Assembly: GCF_033763155.1 (NCBI RefSeq)
Contig: NZ_JANRKZ010000233.1
Coordinates: 1 to 51,450, forward strand
Source of the DNA: Microcella sp.
GTDB taxonomy: Bacteria > Actinomycetota > Actinomycetes > Actinomycetales > Microbacteriaceae
Direction: 5' to 3'
DNA: 51,450 nucleotides
Every line of letters begins with the position of its first letter. Within the stretch, counting starts at the first letter, position 1. Both the position numbers and the translations under genes were made by a program. Under the pieces are notes generated by a model that saw only the letters and a program-made list of their open reading frames with translations, was not told where the DNA came from and ran no database searches. Below are positions 10,480 through 20,831 of this stretch, piece by piece.

Positions 10480-10613
10480 GCGCGTCACCTCGAAACTTTC
10501 TGGAGCGGTCGAATAACGATGGGGTAACGCTAGCAACAACTGGTCACATGCGTCACTTCCGTATCAGGAAGCGTACCCCGCACAACAGGAATCAGGCCAG
10601 GAATTGGGCCGGA

Positions 10614-10907
10614 TTAGGGCCTCACGAGTGCCATCAGGATGAGCAAAACAATCAGCACAATTGTCCACGCGAGGTCGAGACTTACCGAACCAAGCCGGAG
10701 CGGAGGAATAACCCGTCGCACCCCCTTGAGAGGCGGATCGGTGATCGTGTAGCTCGTCTCGGCGACGATCAACACGATCCCCCGGGGGCGAAAGGCTGGG
10801 TTGAGAACCTGCAACCAGTCGAAAACGAATCGCACCCACATGGCGATGAAGACGATCAAGAGGGCCACGTAGATGACCGACAGAATGATCGAAAAGACGA
10901 GCGTCAC
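10614..10907 (-). CDS. YggT family membrane protein
   Basis: Two TM segments with TDPPLKGVRRVIPPLRLG..LDL. Lies between sepF and divIVA. Confidence 0.92.
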   Translation of the reverse strand: MTLVFSIILSVIYVALLIVFIAMWVRFVFDWLQVLNPAFRPRGIVLIVAETSYTITDPPLKGVRRVIPPLRLGSVSLDLAWTIVLIVLLILMALVRP

Positions 10908-10982
10908 GGCTCTAGTCTCGCAGGTTCTCCTGAGTGCTTGCGCACGCGCTGCGACGATCGCGACGCGAGGCGCGACTCGCGG

Positions 10983-11447
10983 CTAGTCGCGAATAACGAA
11001 CGAGGCGTCGACGTCTGGTTCGATTTCAGCCGCATCACCACTCGTCGCCACGTGCGCCGGCGACAGCAAGAACACTTTGCTCGTCACCCGCTCGATGCGA
11101 CCATAAAGCCCCTGCGATAGCCCACTGGCGAAGTCGACCAGTCGGCGGGCCTCGCTCTCGGGCATCTGCGACAGGTTGATGATCACCGGAATGCCCTCGC
11201 GAAAACTCTCGGCGATGACCTGTGCGTCTTTGTACGCACGAGGGTGGACTGTCAGAATCTCGTTCATCTCTGACGGCGCAGCCTGCCGCGCGGGAGCACT
11301 GCGACGCAGGGGCGTCACGGGGGCGCGCTGTGCCGCAACCGCGCTCGACGGCGCGGGCGCAGTCGTCGCCGAGGGGTGAGTGTCGTATTCAACCTCTTCG
11401 TCGGCGAGGCCGAGGTACACCATGGTCTTGCGCAGCGGATTGCTCAT
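10983..11447 (-). CDS. sepF: Cell division protein SepF
   Basis: KTMVYLGL amphipathic N-terminus, [16 protein letters not shown]. Confidence 0.95.
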   Translation of the reverse strand: MSNPLRKTMVYLGLADEEVEYDTHPSATTAPAPSSAVAAQRAPVTPLRRSAPARQAAPSEMNEILTVHPRAYKDAQVIAESFREGIPVIINLSQMPESEARRLVDFASGLSQGLYGRIERVTSKVFLLSPAHVATSGDAAEIEPDVDASFVIRD

Positions 11448-11481
11448 GTGATCGTCCTAACCGGTCGTGGCACTCGTCAGG

Positions 11482-12156
11482 TTAAGGGCGTTCGGGTCGT
11501 TTTCCCGTGATTGCCGAACCAATACGCAGGTGTGTCGCACCCTCAGCGATCGCCTCGGCAAAGTCGCCCGACATGCCTGCCGAGATATCGCGAGCCTCGG
11601 GAGCCACCGTGCGTACCCGCTCGGAGAGCTCCCGAACACGAGCGAACGCTGCACGCGGTTCACTGCCGACGGGCGCCACCGCCATGACACCGCGAAGAGT
11701 GAGCGACGGATGCTCAAGCACACGTTCCGCGAGCGCAACCAGGCCCTCGGGCTCAACCCCGCCACGCCCCGCGTCGTCGGTCAGATTCACCTCAAGAAAA
11801 ACGTCGAGGGCACGCTCGGCGCGCGCAAGGGCCGTCACGAGTGACTCGCGGTCAACCGAATGGATGACCCGGGCATACTCGGCGACGGCGCGCGCTTTGT
11901 TCGACTGCAATTGCCCGACGAAGTGCCACGTGAGAGGAAGGTCACTGAGCATCGCTGCCTTGGGTGCAGCATCCTGATGCCTGTTTTCTCCGACATCGTG
12001 CACGCCGAGACCGACCAAGTCACGCACGAGCGAGGCGGGATGAAACTTGGTGACAACAATGAGCGTCACATCGTCGCGAGGGCGCGACGCGGCACGGCAC
12101 GCGTCAGAGATGGCCGACTCGACACGGCTGTATCGTTCCGCGAGCTCGGTGCTCAC
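11482..12156 (-). CDS. YggS family PLP-binding protein
   Basis: VVTKFHP, GENR, WHFVGQLQSNK, SAGMSGD, RIGSAI. Confidence 0.95.
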   Translation of the reverse strand: MSTELAERYSRVESAISDACRAASRPRDDVTLIVVTKFHPASLVRDLVGLGVHDVGENRHQDAAPKAAMLSDLPLTWHFVGQLQSNKARAVAEYARVIHSVDRESLVTALARAERALDVFLEVNLTDDAGRGGVEPEGLVALAERVLEHPSLTLRGVMAVAPVGSEPRAAFARVRELSERVRTVAPEARDISAGMSGDFAEAIAEGATHLRIGSAITGKRPERP

Positions 12157-12158
12157 GG

Positions 12159-13313
12159 TCAGCGCAAGAAGTCGGGAATGTCGAGGTCGTCGTCGTCACT
12201 CACCTCGAGCGGATCGATCGGCGCCGTCGCCGCGAGTCCTGCGTCGTCGCCCCACGAACGACCCGCCGTCGCGGGGTCTTCACGTGCCGGCGAGGGAGAT
12301 GCCATCGATGCGGCAGGCTCGGCCGACTGGTAGTTCGTCCGGCGATCGCGATGCACCACCGTCGGCTCGCCCCCGTCGAATCCGGCCGCGATGACGGTGA
12401 CGCGCACTTCGTCACCTAGCGTGTCGTCGATAACCGCACCGAAGATGATGTTCGCCTCGGGGTGCACTGCCTCTTGCACGAGCCGAGCGGCATCGTTGAT
12501 TTCGAAGATTCCCAGGTTCGAGCCGCCCTGAATCGAGAGCAGCACACCGTGTGCGCCGTCGATGCTTGCCTCAAGCAAAGGACTTGCGACGGCGAGTTCA
12601 GCGGCCTTGATCGCTCGGTCGGCGCCCCGCGCCGAACCGATTCCCATGAGGGCAGAGCCAGCGCCCTGCATAACGCTCTTGACGTCAGCAAAGTCGAGAT
12701 TGATGAGTCCCGGGGTCGTAATGAGATCGGTGATGCCCTGAACACCGGCGAGCAGCACCTGGTCGGCGGTCGCAAAAGCCTCGAGCATCGAGATTCCGCG
12801 ATCGCTGATTTCGAGCAGGCGGTCGTTGGGCACAACGATGAGCGTGTCGACCTCGTTTTTGAGCTGCACGACGCCGAGATCGGCTTGCGCCTGACGACGC
12901 TTCCCTTCGAACGCGAACGGCTTGGTAACAACACCGATGGTGAGGGCACCAATCGACTTGGCGATGCGGGCAACAACGGGAGCGCCCCCGGTGCCGGTGC
13001 CACCGCCTTCGCCGGCGGTGACAAACACCATGTCGGCGCCGGCAAGAGCCTCTTCGATCTCTTCGGCATGGTCTTCGGCAGCGCGGCGACCCACTTCGGG
13101 ATCAGCCCCTGCACCCAGGCCCCGCGTGAGCTCGCGACCCACATCAAGCTTGACGTCGGCGTCGCTCATGAGCAGCGCCTGCGCGTCAGTGTTGATAGCA
13201 ATGAACTCGACGCCGCGCAGCCCCAGCTCGATCATGCGGTTGACGGCGTTGACGCCACCGCCGCCGATGCCGACGACCTTAATCACGGCGAGGTAGTTCT
13301 GGTTCGAGGTCAC
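12159..13313 (-). CDS. ftsZ: Cell division protein FtsZ
   Basis: GGGTGTG tubulin signature, NLDFAD, C-terminal DLDIPDFL. Confidence 0.99.
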   Translation of the reverse strand: MTSNQNYLAVIKVVGIGGGGVNAVNRMIELGLRGVEFIAINTDAQALLMSDADVKLDVGRELTRGLGAGADPEVGRRAAEDHAEEIEEALAGADMVFVTAGEGGGTGTGGAPVVARIAKSIGALTIGVVTKPFAFEGKRRQAQADLGVVQLKNEVDTLIVVPNDRLLEISDRGISMLEAFATADQVLLAGVQGITDLITTPGLINLDFADVKSVMQGAGSALMGIGSARGADRAIKAAELAVASPLLEASIDGAHGVLLSIQGGSNLGIFEINDAARLVQEAVHPEANIIFGAVIDDTLGDEVRVTVIAAGFDGGEPTVVHRDRRTNYQSAEPAASMASPSPAREDPATAGRSWGDDAGLAATAPIDPLEVSDDDDLDIPDFLR

Positions 13314-13328
13314 GTCGAGGCCTTCCGC

Positions 13329-13355
13329 TCAACCTTCACCTTCAGGTAGAAGGCT
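13329..13355. promoter_or_regulatory. Imperfect palindrome upstream of ftsZ, candidate FtsR (MerR-type) operator
   Basis: TCAACCT-N8-AGGTAGA, overlapping AACCTTCA-N9-AGAAGGCT. A related 25-mer is at 44769-44793. Confidence 0.55.
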
Positions 13356-13499
13356 AAAGTTATGCTCAGTATGTACTGCTCCGATTGACGGTAGGGCCGG
13401 GAGGCACGTCGGCAGCCGAGGCGCGCCGCGTGTCGCAAATCCGTGCGCGTGTGACCCCGCGAAGAGCCTCATCCCCCGCCCTTCATAGCCGGCTGATGC

Positions 13500-14474
13500 C
13501 TACAGTCGACGCACCACGAGGCTTTCTGGTGCAGAGACATCAAACTCTGAGGGTGCACCTTGCCCCGCAGCGACGATCGCGGCCGCGAGCACGCGGGCCT
13601 TGAATGCCGAGCGCTCGGCACTCCCCCACACGACACGATGGCCAAGCCCCGTCATCGTGAACGTCACGTCATCGAGGGTCGATGCGCTGATGACATCAAC
13701 CTGCGCTCGAAGGTCGGCGGGCAATGCAGTCAACACTTCGGCAACGCTCTCAAATGCCACGGTTCCCGCCTCGGCGCTGCTGGCCGCGATCAACGGGATG
13801 CCCACCGGGCGTTCGGCCAATGACTCGACCACCACACCCGCAGCATCGACTAAATCAACACTCGCACCCCGTTCGACCGCGCCGATCGGCGCACGTTCGA
13901 TGATGCGCAGCACGAGAGTATGGGGCGGCACCACTTCGGTCGAAAACGACTGAATGAGAGGAAAGCTGGCCAGATCGTCGCGAATCGCGGCGTCGTCAAG
14001 AAGCGCCAGTGGAGTGCCGATGTGCTCGTCGAGAGCCGCGCTCACGGCCGCCGAATCGAGCCGACTAGCACCGACCACCCGTATGGTGTCGAGCGACATC
14101 AGTGGCGACAGCGTGATCACCGCCACGCCAGCGATCAGCGCGAGCAACGACCCCACTGACACCGTGAACGCAAGTCGCCGTTGTCGCGAGCGGCGTGTGA
14201 ACCGACGCACCTCGGCGCGCTCGTCTCGACGTCGCTCTCGTTGTGCTGCTCGCGCCGCGTGAGCAGAGTTCGGTGTATGCGGCCTCGATGCCCCTTTCGA
14301 CACTCCAGTGCGCGTCGCTGTTGACGCATCGGGCGACCGAGTTAAGGGCGGTAACGGCACAGACGCGGAAGGGGTGCGGGCAGAACGACGAGGAGACGAC
14401 CCTCGCGTCGATGGTGAGGCAGCCGACGCCGGAGGTGCAGGCTTATCGCCTCCGAGACCTTCGGGGCGTTTCAC
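13500..14474 (-). CDS. ftsQ: Cell division protein FtsQ (POTRA domain)
   Basis: Basic N-terminus, one TM, POTRA (PPHTLVLRIIER), VVWG, DVSAP. Between murC and ftsZ. Confidence 0.9.
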   Translation of the reverse strand: MKRPEGLGGDKPAPPASAASPSTRGSSPRRSARTPSASVPLPPLTRSPDASTATRTGVSKGASRPHTPNSAHAARAAQRERRRDERAEVRRFTRRSRQRRLAFTVSVGSLLALIAGVAVITLSPLMSLDTIRVVGASRLDSAAVSAALDEHIGTPLALLDDAAIRDDLASFPLIQSFSTEVVPPHTLVLRIIERAPIGAVERGASVDLVDAAGVVVESLAERPVGIPLIAASSAEAGTVAFESVAEVLTALPADLRAQVDVISASTLDDVTFTMTGLGHRVVWGSAERSAFKARVLAAAIVAAGQGAPSEFDVSAPESLVVRRL

Positions 14475-15895
14475 TACCCGGCATCTCCGACTGACCGCAG
14501 CTCAAGTGCCGCGCGCACCTGCGGGATGATGCGATACACGTCGCCGCAACTGAGCGTCATCACGATGTCTCCCGCCCGAGCGATCTCCGCGACCCGGTCG
14601 GCAGCGGCCTGCCAATCGGGCCGGTAGTCGACGACCGACGCGTTGGCGAACCGTTCAACGACACGAGCTCCCGTCACACCCGGGATGGGGTCTTCTCGCG
14701 CACCGTACACATCGAGCACGATCGTGTGATCGGCGCCGCGTTCGTAGACATCAGCAAATTCAGCCGCCATCGCCTGCGTGCGACTAAACAGGTGCGGTTG
14801 GTGGATAGCAATCACGCGCCCGTCGCCCACGACGGAACGCGCCGTCTGCAGCGCTGCTGCAACTTCGGTGGGGTGGTGTGCATAGTCGTCATACAGGCGC
14901 ACGCCATCGGCGAGGCCGTGTGATTCGAAGCGTCTCTGTGTACCAGCGAATCCGTCGAGCGACGGCACTGCCTCATCGGGGGTGAAGCCCAGCCCGACGA
15001 GCACAGCAATCACGCCCGCCGCGTTGAGGGCATTGTGTCGCCCGGGAATTGCCAAGTGGCCCGAGTATTCGTGACCGGCGATCGACACGCGATAGCCAAC
15101 CGGGCCCGAATCACCGATCTCAACGAGACGCACGTCGGCGTCAGCCGACTCGCCGAACGTCAGGATGCGAGCCCCCACCGCGGACTCTCGAAGACTCACC
15201 GCGAGGCGGCGCGTGGCGGGGTCATCGGCAGACAGAACGACCAACTCGGTCGCCCGCACCGCGAACGTGGCGAACGCCTCTTCCAGTGCCTTCTCATCGC
15301 CATAGTGATCAAGGTGGTCGGTGTCGATGTTCGTGACGAGAGCGACCGCAACGTCGTAGAGCAAGAACGAACCATCAGACTCGTCGGCTTCGACAACGAA
15401 GAGGTCACCGGTGCCCCAGGCAGCGCTCGTGCCTGTGCCCTGAATCACGGCACCGTTGACAAACGACGGGTCACGGTCGAGGGCACGCAAGGCGGTCACG
15501 AGCATCCCGGTCGACGTCGACTTTCCGTGGGCCCCCGCGACAGCGACGAGTCGCTCCCCGCGAACGAGCCACGCGAGTGCCTGCGAGCGATGGAGCACCG
15601 GAAGGCCGCGTCGTAGCGCTTCTTGGTACTCCGGGTTGTCGAGCCACAGTGCCCCTGTGACGACGAGAGTGTCGGCATCACCCACATGAGCGGCGTCGTG
15701 GCCGATGGCAACGCGGATGCCGAGGTCGACCAGCGACTGGACGGTGTCGGAGTGCGATCGGTCACTACCCGTGACGGAGTAGCCCTTGGCGTGAAACATG
15801 CGAGCGATGCCGCTCATTCCGCTCCCGCCGATGCCGACAAAGTGCAGCCGGCCGAGCGACTCGGGAAGAACGAGGGTGAGGTCAGGCTTGATCAT
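14474..15895 (-). CDS. murC: UDP-N-acetylmuramate--amino acid ligase MurC
   Basis: [46 protein letters not shown]. Confidence 0.97.
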   Translation of the reverse strand: MIKPDLTLVLPESLGRLHFVGIGGSGMSGIARMFHAKGYSVTGSDRSHSDTVQSLVDLGIRVAIGHDAAHVGDADTLVVTGALWLDNPEYQEALRRGLPVLHRSQALAWLVRGERLVAVAGAHGKSTSTGMLVTALRALDRDPSFVNGAVIQGTGTSAAWGTGDLFVVEADESDGSFLLYDVAVALVTNIDTDHLDHYGDEKALEEAFATFAVRATELVVLSADDPATRRLAVSLRESAVGARILTFGESADADVRLVEIGDSGPVGYRVSIAGHEYSGHLAIPGRHNALNAAGVIAVLVGLGFTPDEAVPSLDGFAGTQRRFESHGLADGVRLYDDYAHHPTEVAAALQTARSVVGDGRVIAIHQPHLFSRTQAMAAEFADVYERGADHTIVLDVYGAREDPIPGVTGARVVERFANASVVDYRPDWQAAADRVAEIARAGDIVMTLSCGDVYRIIPQVRAALELRSVGDAG

Positions 15896-15906
15896 CGATG
15901 ACCAGC

Positions 15907-17004
15907 CTAGGCGCGCGACCGGGAGCCCGACGAAGCGGCAAGCGCCTCACGCACAAGAGTCAACAGTGCAGCGTCGGCATCGCGTCGCCCCACCGTAGCG
16001 GCCGCCGCCGCCATTCGGGCGATCTCAGCGCGTCGAGATAACAAGGGGACGAGAGAGCCCGCAACCCACTCAGCAGTGAAATCCGCATCAGCGACGAGCA
16101 CGGCTCCGCCCGCCGCCACCAACTCACGCGCGTTCAGTCGTTGTTCGCCGTTGCCAGCCGCATAGGGCACGAGCACAGACGGCAGTCCGAGTACGGCGAG
16201 CTCACTCACGGTCGCCGAACCGGCACGACACACGACGAGGTCGGCGGCGGCGAAAGCCAAGTGCATGCTGTCGCAGTAATCAAGGGTGACATACCCGGGC
16301 AAGTGAGGATCTTCTCCCCCGCGACCCGTACCCGTGATGTGTAGCACCTGCCAGCCTGTTCCGAGCACCCGTGCCGCTGATTCCGTCATTGTCAGGTTGA
16401 GCCGTTGCGCACCCGTCGAACCCCCTGTCACCAAAAGCACGGGTCGCCCGTGTTCCAGGCCGAGAGTTCGGTATGCCTCGTCACGGCGCGCCAAACGATC
16501 AAGCGTCGTGATTTCCGGCCGAAGAGGCATGCCGGTGAGTCGAGCACGACGCAACGGCGTGCCGGCGAAGGTGATCGCCGCGCGGCCGCCCAACATCACC
16601 GCGAGGCGATTGGCGATGCCGGGCCGCGCGTTCGCCTCATGCGCGACAAACGGAATTCCCTCGCGCCAGGCGGCAACATAGGCGGGCGCCGACGCATACC
16701 CTCCGAATCCGACGACCACATCGACCTGGCGATCACGAATGATCGCGCGCGTGAGCCTCACAGCATCCCGAAATCGACCAGGAAACTGAAGGGCAGATCG
16801 GCTCACGCGTCTCGGAAAGGGAACGCGGGGAATCGTGAGCAGCTCATAGCCACGATCAGGAACAAGCCGCGCTTCGAGACCCTCCGCCGTGCCCAACACG
16901 AGCATGGTCGCTGTTGGCTCGACGGCGCGCCAGTGATCGGCCAGGCCGAGGAGAGGGTTGACGTGTCCAGCGGTTCCGCCGCCGGCAAGTAGAGCTGTCG
17001 TCAT
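15907..17004 (-). CDS. murG: Lipid II GlcNAc transferase MurG
   Basis: [43 protein letters not shown]. Start ATG 17004 overlaps the ftsW stop (ATGA). Confidence 0.96.
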   Translation of the reverse strand: MTTALLAGGGTAGHVNPLLGLADHWRAVEPTATMLVLGTAEGLEARLVPDRGYELLTIPRVPFPRRVSRSALQFPGRFRDAVRLTRAIIRDRQVDVVVGFGGYASAPAYVAAWREGIPFVAHEANARPGIANRLAVMLGGRAAITFAGTPLRRARLTGMPLRPEITTLDRLARRDEAYRTLGLEHGRPVLLVTGGSTGAQRLNLTMTESAARVLGTGWQVLHITGTGRGGEDPHLPGYVTLDYCDSMHLAFAAADLVVCRAGSATVSELAVLGLPSVLVPYAAGNGEQRLNARELVAAGGAVLVADADFTAEWVAGSLVPLLSRRAEIARMAAAAATVGRRDADAALLTLVREALAASSGSRSRA

Positions 17005-18248
17005 GGCCGCCGTGGTTCTCTCGTGGGGGCAGTGAGGGGCACCGGTCGATGCGCCATTGGCAGGTCGCGTGCCAGCGACAGCACGACGCCGATGGCCAAG
17101 AGCGACGACACCAAGGCCGACCCACCCGCGGAAATGAACGGCAGCGGCAGGCCAAGAACGGGCAAGAGGCCCAAGACGACGGCGATGTTGACGAGAGCCT
17201 GGCCGATGATCCACACCATGATGGCGCCGGTCGCGATGCGGTGGAACGAGTTCTCGTGCCGACGAACAAGGCGCACGAGGGCGATCGCCAAGACGCCGAA
17301 CAGCACCAACACGACCAAGGCCCCGATCAGTCCGAGCTCTTCACCAATGATCGCGAAGATGAAGTCACTCTCCGCGTGCGGCAGCCACCGCCACTTCGTC
17401 GCCGAATTGCCCAGCCCGACTCCGAAAATTCCGCCTGACCCCAATGCCCACAGAGCGTGCACCGACTGCCAGCACGTGAATTCGTAGTCTTCGGGCGCAC
17501 AGCCATTGAGCCACACGTCGATGCGGCTTGACCGTGAACTCGAGGTCAAGGCAAACAACACGGCACCCAGGGCAATGACACCCACCATCGCGGCCAGGTG
17601 TCGCAGGGGCGCGCCCGCAAAAAACAGGGCCGCGAGCACGATTGCGATCATGATGGATGCGGTACCGAGGTCTTGACCTAGAAGCACGAGAGCCACCGCC
17701 ACCACCGACACAGGAACCGCGGGAATCACCACACTGCGCCAGTCCGTAAAGGCGTTTGCGCGATCGGCCAATACCGTCGCCAGCCAGATCACGAGAGCGA
17801 GCTTGAGAAACTCCGACGGTTGCGCGGTGAATCCGGCGATGGAGATCCAGTTTTGGTTTCCGCCATAGTCGTAGCCCAAGCCCGTGAAGACGAGCAATTG
17901 CAGGGCAAGGCCCAGCATGACCGCGTGCCGTGCCCACCGTCGCCAGAAAATCGCGGGCAAGCGCGCAATCGTCAGCATGAGGGGAATGCCGATCAACGCA
18001 AACAGCCCCTGGCGCAAGAAAATCGCGAAGAAGTCGCCCTCGTTGTTCTGCGCAGATGTCACGGCCGACGATGACAACACCATGACGAGACCAAAGAGCA
18101 CGAGAAAAATGACCGTGCCGACGACGAGCAACGCATCGGGATGCTCGACACCGAACAATCGGCGGACCGCGACGATGGCGCCCGGTGGCTGCCGACGTGC
18201 AGGCGGCTCAGGCGCCGGGCGACCCCGTGGAGGACGGACCGTCGTCAT
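17001..18248 (-). CDS. ftsW: SEDS glycosyltransferase FtsW
   Basis: Multi-TM protein with QPSEFLK, DLGT, SDFIFAIIGEELG, LPFISAGGS. Confidence 0.96.
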   Translation of the reverse strand: MTTVRPPRGRPAPEPPARRQPPGAIVAVRRLFGVEHPDALLVVGTVIFLVLFGLVMVLSSSAVTSAQNNEGDFFAIFLRQGLFALIGIPLMLTIARLPAIFWRRWARHAVMLGLALQLLVFTGLGYDYGGNQNWISIAGFTAQPSEFLKLALVIWLATVLADRANAFTDWRSVVIPAVPVSVVAVALVLLGQDLGTASIMIAIVLAALFFAGAPLRHLAAMVGVIALGAVLFALTSSSRSSRIDVWLNGCAPEDYEFTCWQSVHALWALGSGGIFGVGLGNSATKWRWLPHAESDFIFAIIGEELGLIGALVVLVLFGVLAIALVRLVRRHENSFHRIATGAIMVWIIGQALVNIAVVLGLLPVLGLPLPFISAGGSALVSSLLAIGVVLSLARDLPMAHRPVPLTAPTREPRRP

Positions 18249-19731
18249 GGCCCTCCCCCTCTAGGTGGTGCCGCACCGCGGCGGCGAACCGGTTACCGCG
18301 GTCGGCATAGTCAACAAATTGGTCCATCGATGCTGCTGCCGGGGCAAGCAACACGGTGTCACCATCGATCGCGACCCCGGCCGCCAACCTCACGGCAGCA
18401 GGCATGACCCCTTCAGTCTCGCGCTCGTCGACTTCGAACAATGGCAGCGCGGGCGCGTGTCGTGCGAACGCCGTGCGCACCGCATCCCGGTCGACCCCGA
18501 TGATGATCGCCGCGCGGAGTCGATCGCGATGCGTCTCGATGAGGGGTGAGATGTCAACGCCCTTCAGCAACCCGCCGACGATCCAGACGACCGAGCGATA
18601 CGCGCTCAGGGCCGACGCAGCGGCGTGAGGGTTGGTGGCTTTGGAGTCGTCGACCCAGGCGATCTCGTCGACGAGAGCGATGAGTTCGGTGCGGTGCGCA
18701 TCGACAGTGAATCGGCGCAACGCGTCGCGGACGGACAGCGGAGCAACCCCTACCGCGCGCGCGAGCGCAGCGGAGGCGAGCGTGTTGGCAAGTCCGTGAG
18801 GCGTGGCGAGCCCGGCGGATGCGACATCGGCCAGCTCAGCCAACTCAAGGGCGCTCGTGCGGCGTTCATCCAAAAACGCGCGGTCGACGACGACGTTGTC
18901 AACCACACCGATGTCACTCAAGCCCGGCACCGACGCGCCGAACCCAATGGCGCGACACCCCTCGCTCACCTCAGCGTCTTCAACCATGTGCATGGTCGCC
19001 GCATCGGCGAGGTTGTAGACACACGCGACGCGCGTGTTCGCATAGACCTTCGCTTTCGCCGCGGCATACGCCTCAGCGTTTCCGTGCCAGTCGTAGTGGT
19101 CTTCAGCGATGTTGAGGCACACGCTCGCGAGTGGCACGACCGCTCCCGGGCCGTCGGTGGGCATCCAGTGCAATTGAAAGCTCGAGAGTTCGACAACGAG
19201 AACATCGAATCCCGCAGGATCCCGCACGGCATCAAGCACAGGAATGCCGATGTTGCCGCACGGCGCGGCGCGGCGGCCGTCTTGCTGCAGCATGGTGGCC
19301 GTCAATTGAGTCGTGGTGGTCTTGCCGTTCGTGCCCGTGATGAGCACCCACTCCGCCGGCGGCGACACTTTGTCGCGCACGCGCCACGCCAATTCGATGT
19401 CTCCCCAGACAGGAATCGATCGATCGAGAGCCCACCGAACGTGGGGGTGGTCGGGGCGAAAGCCCGGTGACACGATGACGAGCTCAGGGTCGAGGTCGAT
19501 CGCGGTCTGTGGCAGGTCATCGCCGCGGCCAACCACGGCGAGCTCAACGCCGATCACGGGCAGGATGCGCGCGCGGTCGTCATCGGCGCGATCAGCCACC
19601 ACCAACACACGGCAGCCGAGCTCGGCCAATGTGTCGGCAACGGCGAACCCTGTGACCCCGAGGCCAAGAACGAGAACGCGCAGGCCCGACCAATCGTCGT
19701 GCCAGCTCTGCAGAGATTCGGGTCGCGCCAC
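18208..19731 (-). CDS. murD: UDP-MurNAc-peptide--D-glutamate ligase MurD
   Basis: VLGLGVTG, ITGTNGKTTT, ELSSFQL, DDSKATN, LAPAAASMDQF. Start placed at GTG 19731, just after the mraY stop. Confidence 0.95.
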   Translation of the reverse strand: MARPESLQSWHDDWSGLRVLVLGLGVTGFAVADTLAELGCRVLVVADRADDDRARILPVIGVELAVVGRGDDLPQTAIDLDPELVIVSPGFRPDHPHVRWALDRSIPVWGDIELAWRVRDKVSPPAEWVLITGTNGKTTTTQLTATMLQQDGRRAAPCGNIGIPVLDAVRDPAGFDVLVVELSSFQLHWMPTDGPGAVVPLASVCLNIAEDHYDWHGNAEAYAAAKAKVYANTRVACVYNLADAATMHMVEDAEVSEGCRAIGFGASVPGLSDIGVVDNVVVDRAFLDERRTSALELAELADVASAGLATPHGLANTLASAALARAVGVAPLSVRDALRRFTVDAHRTELIALVDEIAWVDDSKATNPHAAASALSAYRSVVWIVGGLLKGVDISPLIETHRDRLRAAIIIGVDRDAVRTAFARHAPALPLFEVDERETEGVMPAAVRLAAGVAIDGDTVLLAPAAASMDQFVDYADRGNRFAAAVRHHLEGEGHDDGPSSTGSPGA

Positions 19732-19733
19732 GG

Positions 19734-20831
19734 CTACTGACTGACCCACTCGAGATAGAACAAGCCAACGCCGACGGCAACGAAGAGGCCACCGATGAGC
19801 CAGAAGCGCACGACAACCGTCACTTCTGCCCAACCCTTCAATTCGAAGTGGTGGTGCAGCGGGCTCATCAAGAAGATGCGCTTGCCCTTCGTGAGCTTGA
19901 AGTACACGCGCTGCACAATGACCGAGCCCGTCACGATGAGGAACAGACCTCCGATGAGAACGAGTAGCAGCTCGGTGCGCGTCAGAATGGCGAGCGCCGC
20001 GAGCGCTCCGCCGATCGCGAGTGAACCGGTGTCGCCCATGAAGATGTGAGCGGGCGAGGTGTTCCACCACAAGAACCCGATGAGGCTCGCCGCGATTGCG
20101 GCGGCCACAATGGCGAGGTCGAGAGAGTCGCGTACTTCGTAGCAGCGATAGACATTGTCGGGGTCGAGAAGGTCGTTGAAGCAACTCTGATTGAACTGCC
20201 AGAACGCGATGAAGATGTAGGCGGCGATCGACAAGATTGACGCACCGGTGGCCAACCCGTCGAGTCCGTCGGCGACGTTAACGGCATTTGACGTACTGAC
20301 GACGATGACGTTGACCCAGATCGCAAACGCAATCACGGCGCCGATCGAGCCGAAGACGGCAAAGTCAAGCCAGTGGATGTCTCGAACGCCCGAGATCGTC
20401 GTCGACGCGGGAGTGAGCCCATCCTCATCGGGAAACGAGAGTGCGAGAACCGCGAACACGGTCGCGACGACAGCTTGGCCGGCGATCTTCGCCCACCCGC
20501 CGAGTCCGAGACTGCGCTGTTTGCGGGTCTTTGTGAAGTCGTCGATGAATCCGATGAGGCCCAGGCCGACCATGAGACCCAGCACGAGCAACGCGCTCAT
20601 CGTCACGGGTTCGCCACTCACGATGTGTCCGAAGAAGTAGCCGAGAACCGCGCCCAGAATGAAGACGATGCCGCCCATGGTGGGCGTACCGCGCTTGGTG
20701 TGGTGCGACTGTGGGCCATCGTCACGAATGAATTGGCCCCACTGCAGCCGGTTAAACAACCGAATGAACAGCGGCGTGAGCAGCAGCGTGAACGCCAGCG
20801 AGAAGGCCCCGGCGAACATGAGCGCGATCAT
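19734..20831 (-). CDS. mraY: Phospho-N-acetylmuramoyl-pentapeptide transferase
   Basis: [40 protein letters not shown]. Confidence 0.98.
   Translation of the reverse strand: MIALMFAGAFSLAFTLLLTPLFIRLFNRLQWGQFIRDDGPQSHHTKRGTPTMGGIVFILGAVLGYFFGHIVSGEPVTMSALLVLGLMVGLGLIGFIDDFTKTRKQRSLGLGGWAKIAGQAVVATVFAVLALSFPDEDGLTPASTTISGVRDIHWLDFAVFGSIGAVIAFAIWVNVIVVSTSNAVNVADGLDGLATGASILSIAAYIFIAFWQFNQSCFNDLLDPDNVYRCYEVRDSLDLAIVAAAIAASLIGFLWWNTSPAHIFMGDTGSLAIGGALAALAILTRTELLLVLIGGLFLIVTGSVIVQRVYFKLTKGKRIFLMSPLHHHFELKGWAEVTVVVRFWLIGGLFVAVGVGLFYLEWVSQ

Noticed and set aside
10944-10991. CGCGA-rich repeats and a small hairpin at the sepF 3' end
   Set aside because: Short GC-rich matches expected by chance; at most a weak terminator.
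12156-12159. No pgeF between ftsZ and yggS, and no Rv1829-like nuclease between the MerR genes
   Set aside because: Non-essential genes that I recall being commonly absent in this family; clean junctions.
19732-20184. N-terminal extensions of murD (also murG, glucokinase, pyc, divIVA, rsmH, S4 and LRV ORFs)
   Set aside because: Longest-ORF artefacts overlapping neighbouring genes or RNA elements; motif-based starts lie downstream.
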